Source: Phoronis australis (lineage: Eukaryota; Animalia; Phoronida). From it: DNA of 64,000 bases. Shown here piece by piece: positions 37,532 through 50,900 of the stretch. Numbering within the stretch: the first letter of the stretch is position 1; every line of letters begins with the position of its first letter. The notes below the pieces were generated by a model, which saw only the letters and a program-made list of their open reading frames with translations, was not told where the DNA came from and did no database searches. The translations under genes were made by a program, and so were the position numbers. The stretch covers positions 761,633 through 825,632 of the forward strand of contig NMRA01000099.1 in the NCBI GenBank assembly GCA_002633005.1, read 5' to 3'.

Positions 37532-38559
37532 TCAAGAAAGAGAATAATGTACTCACAGGGAAAGGCAAATTTAGGCGTTGCAGTTTGCTCGAAGAAATTT
37601 GTGTTGAATTGAGCAGATGTTTCATGTTTGTGTGCGTTGAAAGAATTGTATATTTTGGAGTTTATGTTCACAACAGCAGCTTTGCAGAAACAAGTTTAAT
37701 CCTCCGGGCTCAGTTTCATATGACATCGTATGTCCATTCATATCTAGGATGATAGTAGGCTCACAATTCCGAAAGCAATATCATTTTAACGACCTGTGTG
37801 CCAACAAAACTCCATGTTAAGATGGTCTTAGTTACAACTGGGTGCATAATATGTGAGGGAATGGATGCCTAATTCTTTAGTTTTTTCTTCAGAGTTTTAG
37901 TTTGTAAATGCTTGGTTGTAATTTGAATACATGTTGAGAAATGCTTATCGAATGGTCGACTTTTTCGGCCAGGATGTGTTTGTGTGGTCGGAGAAGCCTG
38001 GGCTGTTTATGACAAGGTCAGTATCCTGTGAGAGTCCTCGCTGATCACTGTTAATTACATGGGAAGGACGTGATCTTGCTAGCTTTTACTTACAAGTTAC
38101 TAGCTTCACTGAACATGACTCAGTGAAAGGCCTACTCCTGGGTAAAGTTCAGTAACGTTAGGAACTCGCTAAAATCTGGCCAAAATCACGTGTTCTCATT
38201 TAAAATACACCGCAGTATCACACAGTCTTGCTTTTTAGGGAAGTCCTATTGTTATTGGCCTCCACCCTTGGTATCTCCACTTTGATGTAAATATCGTCAT
38301 GGCAGCTATGCCTTCTCTTGTTAGTGCTGAAGTACAGAGTTACTCAGTGTAGGAGGTGTAACAGAAAACTGGGTTACGTGTAATATATACCAAAAAATTA
38401 ACCTGGCAGATTGCAGACTGCAGTAACCAGAGGTGACGAGATTTTCCAAATGAATGTGTGATCTTAGAAGCTTCAGGAATCTCCAAAGGCAGCAGAGTGC
38501 TATGATCTGTTACTTAGATGCACAAATCTGTTCAGACAATTTTTTGCCTTGCTTACTTC

Positions 38560-38565
38560 AATAAA
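38560..38565 (+). terminator. Candidate NXN polyadenylation signal
   Basis: AATAAA ~1 kb after stop, followed by GT-rich ctgtgttgtt; second AATAAA at 38769. Confidence 0.5.
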
Positions 38566-38932
38566 TAGTCAACTTGTCAAGTTCCTCTGTGTTGTTAGAC
38601 ATGTCATAGATGTTAAGAAATTATAAAATGTTAAGATTTACATTTGAGTTGTCTCCATACAAGTACAAATATCAACTACAGATGATGTGCAAAAGAATAT
38701 TTTATTTCGTTTAAAAGACATGATCCAAAATTCTGTACAATCGTCCTCTATCAATGGTTTCAGTAAAGAATAAACTAGTGTTCAAGACGATATTTTACAG
38801 CAGCAAAAATAGAAAGGATACTGACTTTTAGGGCTCTAGTCAAGTCGAACCGCATCAAGATGTATGTGTAATAAGTTACAATTCATAAATCACCGAATGT
38901 TAATATCAACAAATAATTCTGCTATTGGTTAA

Positions 38933-39653
38933 GGGCTGTTCCAGTAAAATCCGTGTGGGGGGGGGGGGGNNNNNNNNNNNNNNNNNNNNNNNNNNNNNNN
39001 NNNNNNNNNNNNNNNNNNNNNNNNNNNNNNNNNNNNNNNNNNNNNNNNNNNNNNNNNNNNNNNNNNNNNNNNNNNNNNNNNNNNNNNNNNNNNNNNNNNN
39101 NNNNNNNNNNNNNNNNNNNNNNNNNNNNNNNNNNNNNNNNNNNNNNNNNNNNNNNNNNNNNNNNNNNNNNNNNNNNNNNNNNNNNNNNNNNNNNNNNNNN
39201 NNNNNNNNNNNNNNNNNNNNNNNNNNNNNNNNNNNNNNNNNNNNNNNNNNNNNNNNATAAGAAAATTGATGATTTTTAAATAAAGAGTATGAGGAGTAAG
39301 ACAAACAAGTTCCAATATTCACTTGACATAGAAGTATAAAAGAGTTCGTTGAAATTATAGACACATGGTGAACAGAGACACCTGGTGGCTGCCAAAAGTA
39401 TTGCTCACAGGCTACTTTAGTTTTTGACAATATTGGACAAGACAACTAGTTCTTGTCTGTTAATCATCTAAGTTCTTAACAGGTCCTCCTGGAGGCAATT
39501 TGTTTGCAAGTGTTGGATTTTATATTTTAACCTATTAAAAATAATTAAAAAATTATGGGTCAGGGGTTGGAGAAATAAATGAAAAATATGGGTGGTGGGT
39601 ACAAAATAAAAGTGCCTTCCCCCCCTCCCATACAGATTTTGCTGGAACAGCCC
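38933..39653. mobile_element. PIF/Harbinger MITE between the two 3' ends
   Basis: TIR GGGCTGTTCCAG(T/C)AAAATC at both ends; TAA 3-bp TSD on both sides. Confidence 0.82.
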
Positions 39654-40319
39654 TAAGCAGGGTTAATTCCAAAAGATATCAAATCTCAATAACGGGTGTA
39701 AATTACACCTGCTCAAACCTCGCTCGTCGTTGTATAAACAAGCGCAGCCCAATAACAAGCGTCGAGAAGCAATGCTTCACTCATTTGGTAGCTCAAGTAA
39801 CCACATCGCAAATACAATTTTAGCGCATTCATTCATTCGCACACATACATACGCATTCTAGTTGTGTTGTATTTCAAAATACAGTAAATCTTGCTAAGCC
39901 CAATCCACTGGACAGAGATTTCATCAGAGTTCAGCAAAATCTGACTCCTCTGAAGGCTGCATGCACAACGCCTTTGACCAAATTTGGCCATGGAATACAC
40001 CCCCTTCCCTCTGCAAAACATGCCCAAATGAAATGATGTTTCTTCAATAGATCACATGTATCACAGGTCATTAATGATATAACTGTATGCACAGATTTCC
40101 CATTATAAAATATCTATGTACGCATCTTGGGTGTCATAAAGGTAGTCTAGCCTACATGTGCACAGTGGCAGTATCCTGTTTTTGGTGAAATTCCGTCTAA
40201 TATCTGGGACATTTTGAAAGAGATTAGTTATGTGATGAGGAAATTTATGTTCGAACAATCTGCACCTTTTCTCAGAGTTGAGCAAAAAATGACTTGAGAA
40301 TTCCGACTTAACGTGACGC

Positions 40320-40325
40320 TTTATT
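40320..40325 (-). terminator. Candidate Mondo polyadenylation signal
   Basis: TTTATT on + (AATAAA on -) ~1.5 kb past the stop; alternative at 38701..38706. Confidence 0.35.
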
Positions 40326-41803
40326 AAAGAATCTAATACAAGAACAATTGTACCCTGTAGCCTTGGTCAGAGTTGAGCGAAAATCTGACTCACACATCCA
40401 ACTTGTGCAAGATTTACTGTATTAAGAAGTTGAGACAATGAACATAGTTCAGGCTTTCACCAAGAGGTGGAGCACTTGGCACAAATGTTTCAGTAAGGCT
40501 TCAACAGTACATGAAAGTACACTTCTTGTACTATAGCCAGCCAGAAGCCCATCTTCGGTGTCAGTAAGCATATTATTACAGTGTTATCGTATTAATCAAA
40601 ACGAATCAAGGAATCAAACACATATCACACTTTTATGTTCACAAGACAAAACATCCACGAATAGCACTGTCCCGAATTGAACTCTTTTGAAGCAGAGGTA
40701 GAAAACCCATTACATGATTGACCATGTAAGCCATGCACAAAACGGAGAAGTAATAAATAACTGATCGCCTGTAGCACGAAAAGAATGCTGAAAAAGTGCT
40801 TGAAGAAAGTGAAGTAACATGGGTAAAGAACAAGGAATTCAAAGCCACAATACACCATGTTAAGTATATTTGTTTTTGAAGAGAACGCCATTGTGTTCTA
40901 ACTTGTCCTTTGAATTGAATTCTTGTTACGGCCATACCTCCTCGGGAGGTAATGCACCTGGTCAGAAGCAATAACCATCAGTCGATTTTTCTAAAGCCTG
41001 GAAATCATTTCTTATCTTGCGTAAGGAAGATGAGACTGTTTTTTCATAACGGTATGCAACATCAATTCAAAGTTAGTTTTGTACATGGGTTTACTGCAGT
41101 TCTGAGTGGCACTGTTGTATTTCAGGACAGTGTTATTGTATTGAAATTGCCAACAAAACAAAAGAACAAGACTACTATTCATACTGCTAACTTTCAATTT
41201 CACATAGCATCAGTCACAACACATATTCCCTCACCTATACAGTTAACAAATTACAAAACTGTAAATTGGAGAACACATGCGATCGGTTGCATAAAACTTA
41301 CACACTGGATTACAACATCACATGTCATGGTGCTAATAATGAACAATGCAATAATCAAAGTTGTACAGCCAACAAGTGTTAAAGTACTTATGCAACCCAT
41401 CTCTGTAACACACCAACGTTGCTCAATTCATATGTCTATTCTAAACAACACTAAACAGATGAAAATCGGCGAACTCAAAGTCAATGTTGCCGCAAAGGTG
41501 CTGCCATTTCAATTAATACTACGCAGCTCATTTCCTGATATCCCAGTAATTCCATAATGCATGATGTTACTAGTAATGCAATTGTCCTCGGTAACTGTAT
41601 TGACTAGATGTCACACAAGACAAGTCACAAACGTAAGCATAGCCACTTATGCTGTCAATACTGAACAGCTGTAGAAGCCACTTTTCGTTTAATGCACCGG
41701 CACGTCTAAGCACCACAGTTCGATGGTCCTTCGTGGGCTGAATACCACCTCTCCATCACCAATTTCAGCAAGCAAATGCCACGTGAACTCGGACCACCAG
41801 TCT

Positions 41804-41922
41804 TCAGATACTATCTCTTCGCTCCTGCTTCGTGACAGCTGCAATCGCCTCGTCTCGCACACGAGTAGGATTTGAGAGTATGGATGTGGTCGTACTAAGC
41901 TGGCGCAGAGAATTGAACACCT
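41804..41922 (-). CDS. MLXIP: Mondo terminal coding exon
   Basis: tttgtag|(E)VFNSLRQLSTTTSILSNPTRVRDEAIAAVTKQERRDSI-TGA. Confidence 0.92.
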
Positions 41923-44900
41923 CTACAAAGGATAAAGCAATACATGAAAAAATAAGCAATTGTGACTCTTCGTCGAGTTAAATTAGACCTTAAGAGGCAG
42001 ATCGTCTGTCACTTCTGAAAATGATAAAAAGCGTGCGTGAAAATATAGTCGAATTAATAATCGCTATATGTTCATTTTACCCCAGTACCAGTTCTTTCTC
42101 TGGGTGACAGTGGCTGATCATGCGCTACTTGGTACCATATAAAGGAATGGGAAATTTGACCTAAATATTGGAATATCCTAATTTCTTATTCTCTCTTTTT
42201 TAGTTTCGAAGTCCGACAAAAGGGGCATTTTTAATTAGATAGTATGGAATGATAACTCACTTCTCCACACATCTAATGGTAGGAACTGTTTCGTCTCTCC
42301 AACTGCGGTACATGTCCATACCATTGATTTAACAGTTTGCTACTATTTTCACTAAGCAGTTGACAATGTTTAAAGTGGACCACTTTTTCAAAACAACTTC
42401 ATTTCCCCATCCAAATGCACACAGATTTGGGGTTGTCCAGGAATCCCGAATATTTTTTTGAATTTTATTATTTTATTATTTTTTGGTAATAGGGTGATAT
42501 CCCCGTCACAACTGCATAGTCAAAACTTCGAAGCTTTGATATGATTATCCCCACTTTCGCAGCTTTTCTCAAACAAATCCTTCCTAACAATGTACACCCG
42601 ATTAGCATTGTTACAAGTTTTCAGTGACTAATAATGACAATCTCACATTAAGTGATATTGTTTCACTATAAACATAACAGTTGATGTCCACGGCAGAATA
42701 TGATAACAATAGATATAATGACCAACTGATTATCGCCAATATGTGTCATTGTGACACATTTACTGAAATCTTATGTTAAACATAAATGCCCATTTTGCAT
42801 TTGATGTAACAAGAACATATCAAGATGCCTGAAGTAACGGACTCCGTGTTATATACAGCCCTTTATAGACTGCATATACACCAAGAAGCCACATAGTTAT
42901 ATACAGCTCTTTATAGACTGCATATACATCGAGAAGCCACATAGTTATATACAGCTCTTTATAGACTGCATATACATCGAGAAGCCACATAGTTATATAC
43001 AGCCCTTTATAGACTGCATATACCTCATCATCTGCCAAACCACTGTCCTATTCACAGCATTCTTCTCTGCATTTCTTCTCATAGTATTTGGCCTATTAAG
43101 CCGTGTAGTTATAACTCTTGAAATTTTGGCAGGGCTCTGTCAAACTCGGTACATTTATTGTCAGAATTATTTAGCAATAAGCTGGTACAACAAGGCTGAT
43201 AATGAAGCTGAACTCAAGTCAGATACCAAAATGAGGTCATCGCTCCTAACCACTGAGAGAACACAGATAGGTCAAATTCTCGAAAACACTAAGCAAAAAT
43301 GCATTTAAGGCGAAGGCAACCTTTTTTCCTGTCATTTTTAGCAAAAATAAGGTTTGTTGATTATCCCAGACATATTTTTCACTTATTTACTGCTTTTCGT
43401 AATTTAATTAATTACTCGTCGTCTACCCCGGAAGTGACGTTTTGGGAGGCAAGAATTTCGGGTCAATTACTTTTCATATAGTCTGACTGTGAGAGCAGTC
43501 GAGTCAGTCATTGTTTTACCTCAGTTGTTATAAGTCCGGTCGTCGTTTGCTTTTGCTTATGAGTCAGTCAACATGCCACGCTGTTGCTGCGTACTGGGGT
43601 GTACTCATTATCGTCTCACATACAGAGGCAAAACTGTCCCACTTGCCCGAGTGTGCCGCGACACACTCCCACTGGAGGGTGATCTGACCACCCAAACTGC
43701 TTACATCCCGCCGTGTGACTCTCTCGTCACACACCTGGCACCTTCCAAATAGCTCCAATACAAGTCCACAATAAACTTATCAAACTTAGGCTCACCGAGC
43801 TGTTCATTGGATGTCGAACTGTCCTCTTCACTGGGTGTCAAACTGGGCCTGTATTCACTCCCACTACTCAACATCGCTGCAGGGCTGCTTACAGGCTCTG
43901 CCGAGGCTAGACACAACAACACAGGGCGAATCACTGCTAGTTCCCGGAATTGCATGCAATGGGGGTACGTTCGGAGGCACGGGTGACAGTAGATGAAGTG
44001 CCTTCAGTCCCTGTATATAGTGGCCACAGCTCGCGAGGCTTCTCACTTCAAAAACGCACTTCTCGGGGTTGGCGACGGGGCACTGCCGGGAATCAACAGC
44101 GACGGTATGGTACCCTTCTTCAGGCGTTGTTTCGCAGGGACGTTCATTAATTCAGCGTACATATCCCTGTCATAATCTGACTGCAGAAAATGCTTGCCAC
44201 ACACTCGGTAACCCTCCACTGTTTTGTACGTTGCGTGGACGGGTAGCGCTGAGTTCTTCACATGAACGAGCTAGTCAAGTACGGCGAAGTGTGTCATCCT
44301 TCGGAAAGCGACGCAAGGTACCCAAAGCGCGTGTGAGACGATAATGAGTACATCCCGGCACGCAGCTACAGCATGGCATGTTGACTGACTTGTAAACAAA
44401 AGCAAACGACGACCGAACTTATCAAAACCGAGGTAGAACAATGACTGACTCGACAGCTATCACAGTCAGACTATAATGAAAAGAAATTGGCGCGAAAATC
44501 TTGCCTCTCAAAACGTCACTTCCACAGTAGAGGACGAGAAATTAATCAAATTACGAAAAGCTGTAATTAATTGAAACATGTGTCTGGGATTATCAACGAA
44601 CCTTATTTTCGCTAAAAGTGACATGAAAAAAGGTTGCCTTTGCCTTTAAATATTTCGACAGTTCTTGCTGATATTTTAACACACTTTCTGAAATACTGAC
44701 TAAACTTGGTGTTGTCCATTTTATTGGGAAAACAACTGCAGGAATAGGATCAGTTGCATTTAACTCACCCGTTCTTAGCTGGACCAGAGAGCAGTGCTGG
44801 TCTAACCAGGCCAGTACACTGCGACAGAGGTCTTCCATACTGGCTGTCGACACTATGTTATTATAGGACACAAATAGTGAACGAATAATGCGACTGAACT

Positions 44901-47900
44901 GTACAAATGGTTAAGGAGTAAACATGGCATCAGGTCGATATGTACACATAATCCGTTTGAGAGAACGCATGCTGTTTTTAAACAGATGCCAGTCATGAAC
45001 ATGACTCCTAGTCCGCAACACACAATGTGCATGTCTACGCTCAATACAATTCAATGGTCACAAGAAAATGAAATGACTACCGTGACATAATCCCACAGGT
45101 ATGCACAAATATACAATGGATGGTTTGAAAAACGAAAATGCTCGGGAAAATGTTTGTTCATTCGAAACGCAATGAAATCTGCCAAGCAAGAGTCACGATT
45201 GAATTACAGTTCCTCTTAAGTCGTTCATTCTTCCAGTATAAATGTATTCTGATAAATGTATGGTCATGGAACCTTCACACAGGTCAAAATGGGTGAAAAT
45301 TACATAGATGCCAGACAGAGATTTTCCGATACAGAAATGGACGCGTGAATTAAACACCAGGATGAACACCGAGAGGCCGACATTATCCAGGCATTCCACC
45401 AGCAATATTAATTAAAATTTGAGAAGCCATTAGAATCATTTCCAAGTATAAATGCAAGGCGCCATATAATACAAAACAAATACAACTTTTAANGTGCATG
45501 TCTACGCTCAATACAATTCAATGGTCACAAGAAAATGAAATGACTCCTAGTCCGCAACACACAATGTGCATGTCTACGCTCAATACAATTCAATAGTCAC
45601 AAGAAAATGAAATGACTACCGTGATATAATCCCACAGGTATGCACAAATATACAATGGATGGTTTGAAAAACGAAAATGCTCGGGAAAATGTTTGTTCAT
45701 TCGAAATGCAATGAAATCTGCCAAGCAAGAGTCACGATTGAATTACAGTTCCTCTTAAGTCGTTCATTCTTCCAGTATAAACGTATTCTGATAAATGTAT
45801 GGTCATGGAACCTTCACACAGGTCAAAAAGGGTGAAAATTACATAGATGCCAGACAGAGATTTTCCGATACAGAAATGGACGCGTGAATTAAACACCAGG
45901 ATGAACACCGAGAGGCCGACATTATCCAGGCATTCCACCAGCAATATTAATTAAAATTTGAGAAGCCATTAGAATCATTTCCAAGTATAAATGCAAGGCG
46001 CCATATAATACAAAACAAATACAACTTTTAACCTTAGGCGAGTTCTCAGAACATATCCAGTACAACCAGACAAGTAAAGGATACAATCCAAAACCTCCAG
46101 TCTTGAAGAGTTCTGTTCTTGACGTAGTCTTCAAACAGTTCTTGCTGTTGGTCGGTTCTCTGGCGCGTAACTGGGACGCCAGTCGCAGGCAGCTGTGCTT
46201 GGCAGTTGCTAGAGGGATTAAGAGACAGGTTAATGTGAGAGGCAAGACACTTTTCAATAACTGAGCAGTCTTAATCTTTTTAACTGTGGTATTTACCCAC
46301 AATGCAGCACATTCATCAGGCACTATATAGCCTCCTACTTCGAATATTGTTACGGAATCCTTATCTTAGGACTTGCAACTTGTTAATTTGTTTTCGAATT
46401 GCAAATAACATCATTCCATCATTTGTCTTTGTGAAAATTATAAATACAAAAGTTCGCAGTTCACCTGATGGCATCCTTGAGTGTCTCTATCTCTTGTCTC
46501 AATACGTCTGCCTCTTCCTGCATGGACGAACGCTCTGACTTGAGCTTACGACAGTATTCAGCAGCTGTAACACGTAGTGGGCAAGTTGGCAATTAAACAC
46601 AGCTCATTCAGTTTTGAGTCTCATAAACTGCAGTAAAAATGCTCCAGTCCTGCACAATCGAAAAAGTTTGGGACACCGAAATTCAAGCCCAAGTTGATTT
46701 TTCTCGATTCTGAAGATTGGGACATGGACGATATGGTTTTTATCACATGCCTCAAACATTGCACACTCAAGCAAAGTATCCATGTTTAGTTGTCCCAAAA
46801 ACTGGAGAATTATTACCACAGTATATATATGCAAGAAAGGAAATTCAATAGCAACTACAAGTGAATAATATACGTCACATGAGTCTCCCACAATACAGCT
46901 GGGCACAAAACCACCAACCTTAATAAGACTCCAGTAAACAAAAACAACCAGTCACGTTCCATGAAATTTGAAAGTTTACCCGAAGTGACCCACGAAATTT
47001 ATTTCGTTAACTTAGGAATGGTTTCGGACCTCGAACTACTCAACAACTACTAAATGTTCACTTACTCTTCTGTAACATCTGAGCTTTGCTTATCTTTGAA
47101 GTGAGATTTTGTTGAAGGGCTGGGATGAGTGTGTGAAGCATGTCAAAACCAGACTGAAATAAAGACAACAGTTGAGACAACGAGAGACAGGTGAACAGAA
47201 TCACACAGCTTCACACATTCCAGGCAAGGAACCATTAAGCATGTGTTGCACGCCACCTATTGACCAATTCTTCAGGCAGTCATTACATGTATCCTCAAAC
47301 TTAAGCCAATTTTCCAAATTTCACTGTCCTGACATTTGATTTATATCAGAAAGATGTTCTGCTTAAATTATTCGGATATTTCGTAACTGAAACATTTTTA
47401 ATTCACTGACTTTCATAATTTCACAATGTAAGTCAAGCACTCACAAAGCTGCAATGTAGGGATTCTTTGTCAAGGAGGTCAAAGTTCAGCGGTCACAGAA
47501 ATGAGAAAATGCCGCCGTTTAGCGAAAAATGCTGACCTGCAACCAACAGTAGAACAGAACTCCACAATTGATGTATACTATGTAAAGTTCTATTGGAAAA
47601 ACACCAGATTCCTACTAGGTCACCCAAGTGGCTGTGGATCAAACAGTGTCCTTCTGATGAAAAGGTGACCTGCTGGGACAAAGGGCAACTACGGGGATCA
47701 GACTGTGACCTACCTTAATGTTGACCCGCCTCTTCTGTTCAGCCGTGATGTGAAGAGCTCGTCGCTGCTCCTTGTATTGATAATTGTCTGACTTGGGCCG
47801 AGCCCCCCTGTAGCCCTGTAGGGACAACACACATAATGCCAGTTAATTTCAATCAACTACAACAAAAAATGGAAGCTGAAACCCCTAACTTAAAGATGTT

Positions 47901-50900
47901 TGCATATATGGGTGGCGTGACAGACGAGTTACCATGACAACACACAGCATTAGTTATACCTCAAATGGTGTTTAGTTTTCCGCCTTAACAATTGGATTGT
48001 CCGGTTTTTAATCTTATTGTGGCCAAAAACTGATTTAACTCACTGTGTTGTCCAAGACACAGCCACGGACACAAAGTGATATATATGGCTCAGTCTCCTT
48101 GTTGACTATGGAATTATTTACATTTGCACAGAACGTCTATTTACACCTGACCTTTTTTCACCTGTCACACAAGTGCTCGTACTACAACATCACAAAGCAG
48201 AATGCTTTTCCCCGACCAGATAAGCAACAGCAGAAGCAGGCAATCCCATACAACAAACCACAATTGTATTGCACAAATGTTATCTCCAAAAACATAACTT
48301 CCCGTCTCACACCAGAGCACTTACATCACTAGACTTGGGGGAGTCCGCTAGGTCAAAGGTTGGGGACGAGGCCTGATCCTAGAAATAGTCGAAACAGAGT
48401 TAAGTGCTACCCAAAACCATGAGAACAAAAATGCTCTCGAGTTACCTGGACATTTACACATTACAAACTCACATTTTGTTACATGGTCCTTGTGATGTGT
48501 AAGAGCAAATTATGCAAACATTAGTCATCAATCCAGCAAAAGTGAATGTCTAAGCCTAAAGATTGGTTGCGTGTTTTCAATCAAAGAGAGTTTCAAATAC
48601 ATTTCTGCAAATGTATAGTCTTGCATAGTAGAGAATTAGGAAGACGGGAGCAGGATCAGACACCCCAGTAAACTTCAATCCGGTGGTAAGGAAACTGAAC
48701 CTTAGTAGACAAGTCCACAGTATGGTTGCATGACACGCAAATTTCATGACACAATGACTACTGGGTATCAAAGTAAGGCAAATTTTTGTGGCAGTAAACA
48801 TGGGACATATTTTAGCCAATGAAAGCTTAAGATTCAACAATTGATGTTCTTTAAAAAAGCACATGTCACCTTTCATTAGCAATTTGTCTCATGGTTAACC
48901 AATTTGAATAGAATAACGGGTGTGCAAACTTGAGATTTAGCTCCATAGTCCTTCAGCAAGCTGGGCATCAAGGAAACTTGACCATGGCGCATTTTGCTTG
49001 TCTGTCATCAGCAAGCAATTTTTTCATTTTTAATTAGTATGTTGTTTTTGCCTGCTTCAGATGGACAATAACAGTAAACCAAATCAATGGCAAAAACACA
49101 ACAGCGAGACTTTGAAATCGTTATGAAATTTGTTGATCTCAAAGGATCAACATGATTTGGGATACAGTGCTTACCAGTCAATCATCAGTTAACTGTAGAC
49201 ATAGTAACAAAGAGATTATGAAGTTTCTCAGGAAAAGACTTTTTCGCTTTGTTCAACCACCATTTTAACCAAAGACAAAACCAAATATACACTGAAGAAA
49301 CCCCAAAAATGTCAAATTTGTGAAGACCAACCGATCTTCAGGCCTTAAAGCTGTGAAACGACTGATAATATTTTGAATAAATTTTACTCAAATTATAAAT
49401 CGGACAAAGGTTTCATAAGCTAAGTACAGTGAACGGAGGAGACATGTGACAACCAACTGCAAAGCTTCTGCCACACAATGATCAACTGAATTAACGACAA
49501 CACTGGGAGCTCTTACCAATATACTGTCAGCATTGTCAAACTGTTCTGAACTGATTGGCGGATCTGATTTACGTCCTGGAAAAATGCACACATTTATGAA
49601 TTATATAGGAAATTACGTACAAGAATGACACAACACGTTTACAAACTTTGTTCCGTAAGGTTAATAGACACACCTCCTATTTACACAACATGGCCTCTGT
49701 GCTCAGACTGATTGTGACGATTAAACAGAACACATCCATGGATATGTCAACTATAATACCGTACTCATCCGGGTTACGGCCCATGCTCGGCTAACCGCAC
49801 ACCCCCAATTTTTTATGATCGAGACTTCTGTAAAGGTATCTGTGCTTCAGTGAACGTTCGTCGCACTAAATTAAGATTCCAAAACATGCGCAACTCGCTT
49901 ACCTTTCTGTGACAATCAATCAGTTTTAGCGGATCTGGGACCTTGCCTTACTATGGCGGTAAAATACCCGTATTCTCATGCCCTTTACTGAAGGAGACAC
50001 AATTGTTTCCTTTAGCTTACGCGTGGAACTCGTGTCAGCATGTACTGATCACTGAGACAGCATTTGTCGAACATATTTCATTTGCGGTAGAACCAGCAAA
50101 GCAGTACTTGACAGGGATATCACGTCCGTGGCCAACCTTTCTGTGATTCCCCGTGACAGTACACGAAACACAACCACCCTGAGCATTGAAATAAGAAAAG
50201 ACATGGTCCATTGTGACAAGCCAACTTGTGTCGCTGTTCCGTCTTGGTTAAAGTCCTTCTCTCACGTGTTAACCCTTATTACATGGTTAGAGGATGTTAT
50301 AAGGATCCAAGAAGTACTTACCCCATAACTAATACACAATCCGTACTCGAAAAAAGTTTAAATGAACGCGCCACTCACGATTCGCACCCGAAGAACGACC
50401 ACCATTTTGAACTTGCCGCGAACCCGGAAGTACAATTCACTCAGGAACCCAGGCCGAGAAAACGCCGTCAGTGCGACTGGAGCAGTGCCTGTACTGTTAC
50501 CAGCCAGCAAACGGGGATAAAATAATCGACAGCGTGCTTTAATTTTTATAAAATCAAACTACGGACAATTTCATCGAATTTGCTGAAGAAATGTGGTGAA
50601 TAAATTTTGACAGAAATTATTTTGTCAGACTCGGGACCGCAGCCTATCGGACCCGGTGCGGATCGAGACCAGACATTGGCGAACGGTAAATGCATGCGGT
50701 TGCAAGCTGTTTTGTCGAAGTAAAATGGTCAAATCATAAATGTTGCATATATTCAAGGGTAGTTTCAGACACTTGCATGAAATTAGGGGCACAAAAAACA
50801 AGAAAATTGAACAAAGTTTCTTTTTTGTAGCAACGTTTGTCAAAATGTATCAACGTTAAATCTTCACAAATTACAAAGTAGCCGATTGAACATGCCTTTC

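Noticed and set aside
37720-38152. Other ATGA-containing 3' UTR hairpins as SECIS (37720, 38009, 38115)
   Set aside because: Missing 3' GA partner, missing AA loop, or helix II too short
1996-39445. Long ORFs in the track containing X runs (1996..3085, 29766..30217, 33611..35012, 38906..39445)
   Set aside because: Artefacts of translating N gaps
40952-41557. 201-aa + strand ORF
   Set aside because: Antisense to the probable Mondo 3' UTR, no recognisable domain; treated as chance
42820-43038. ORF with VYAVYKELYITMWLLD repeats
   Set aside because: Translation of a 48-bp minisatellite
45193-45944. Two nearly identical 70-aa ORFs (MLVECLDNVG...) suggesting a duplicated small gene
   Set aside because: They lie in the tandem duplication around a single N inside an intron; probable contig-overlap/haplotype artefact with no protein features
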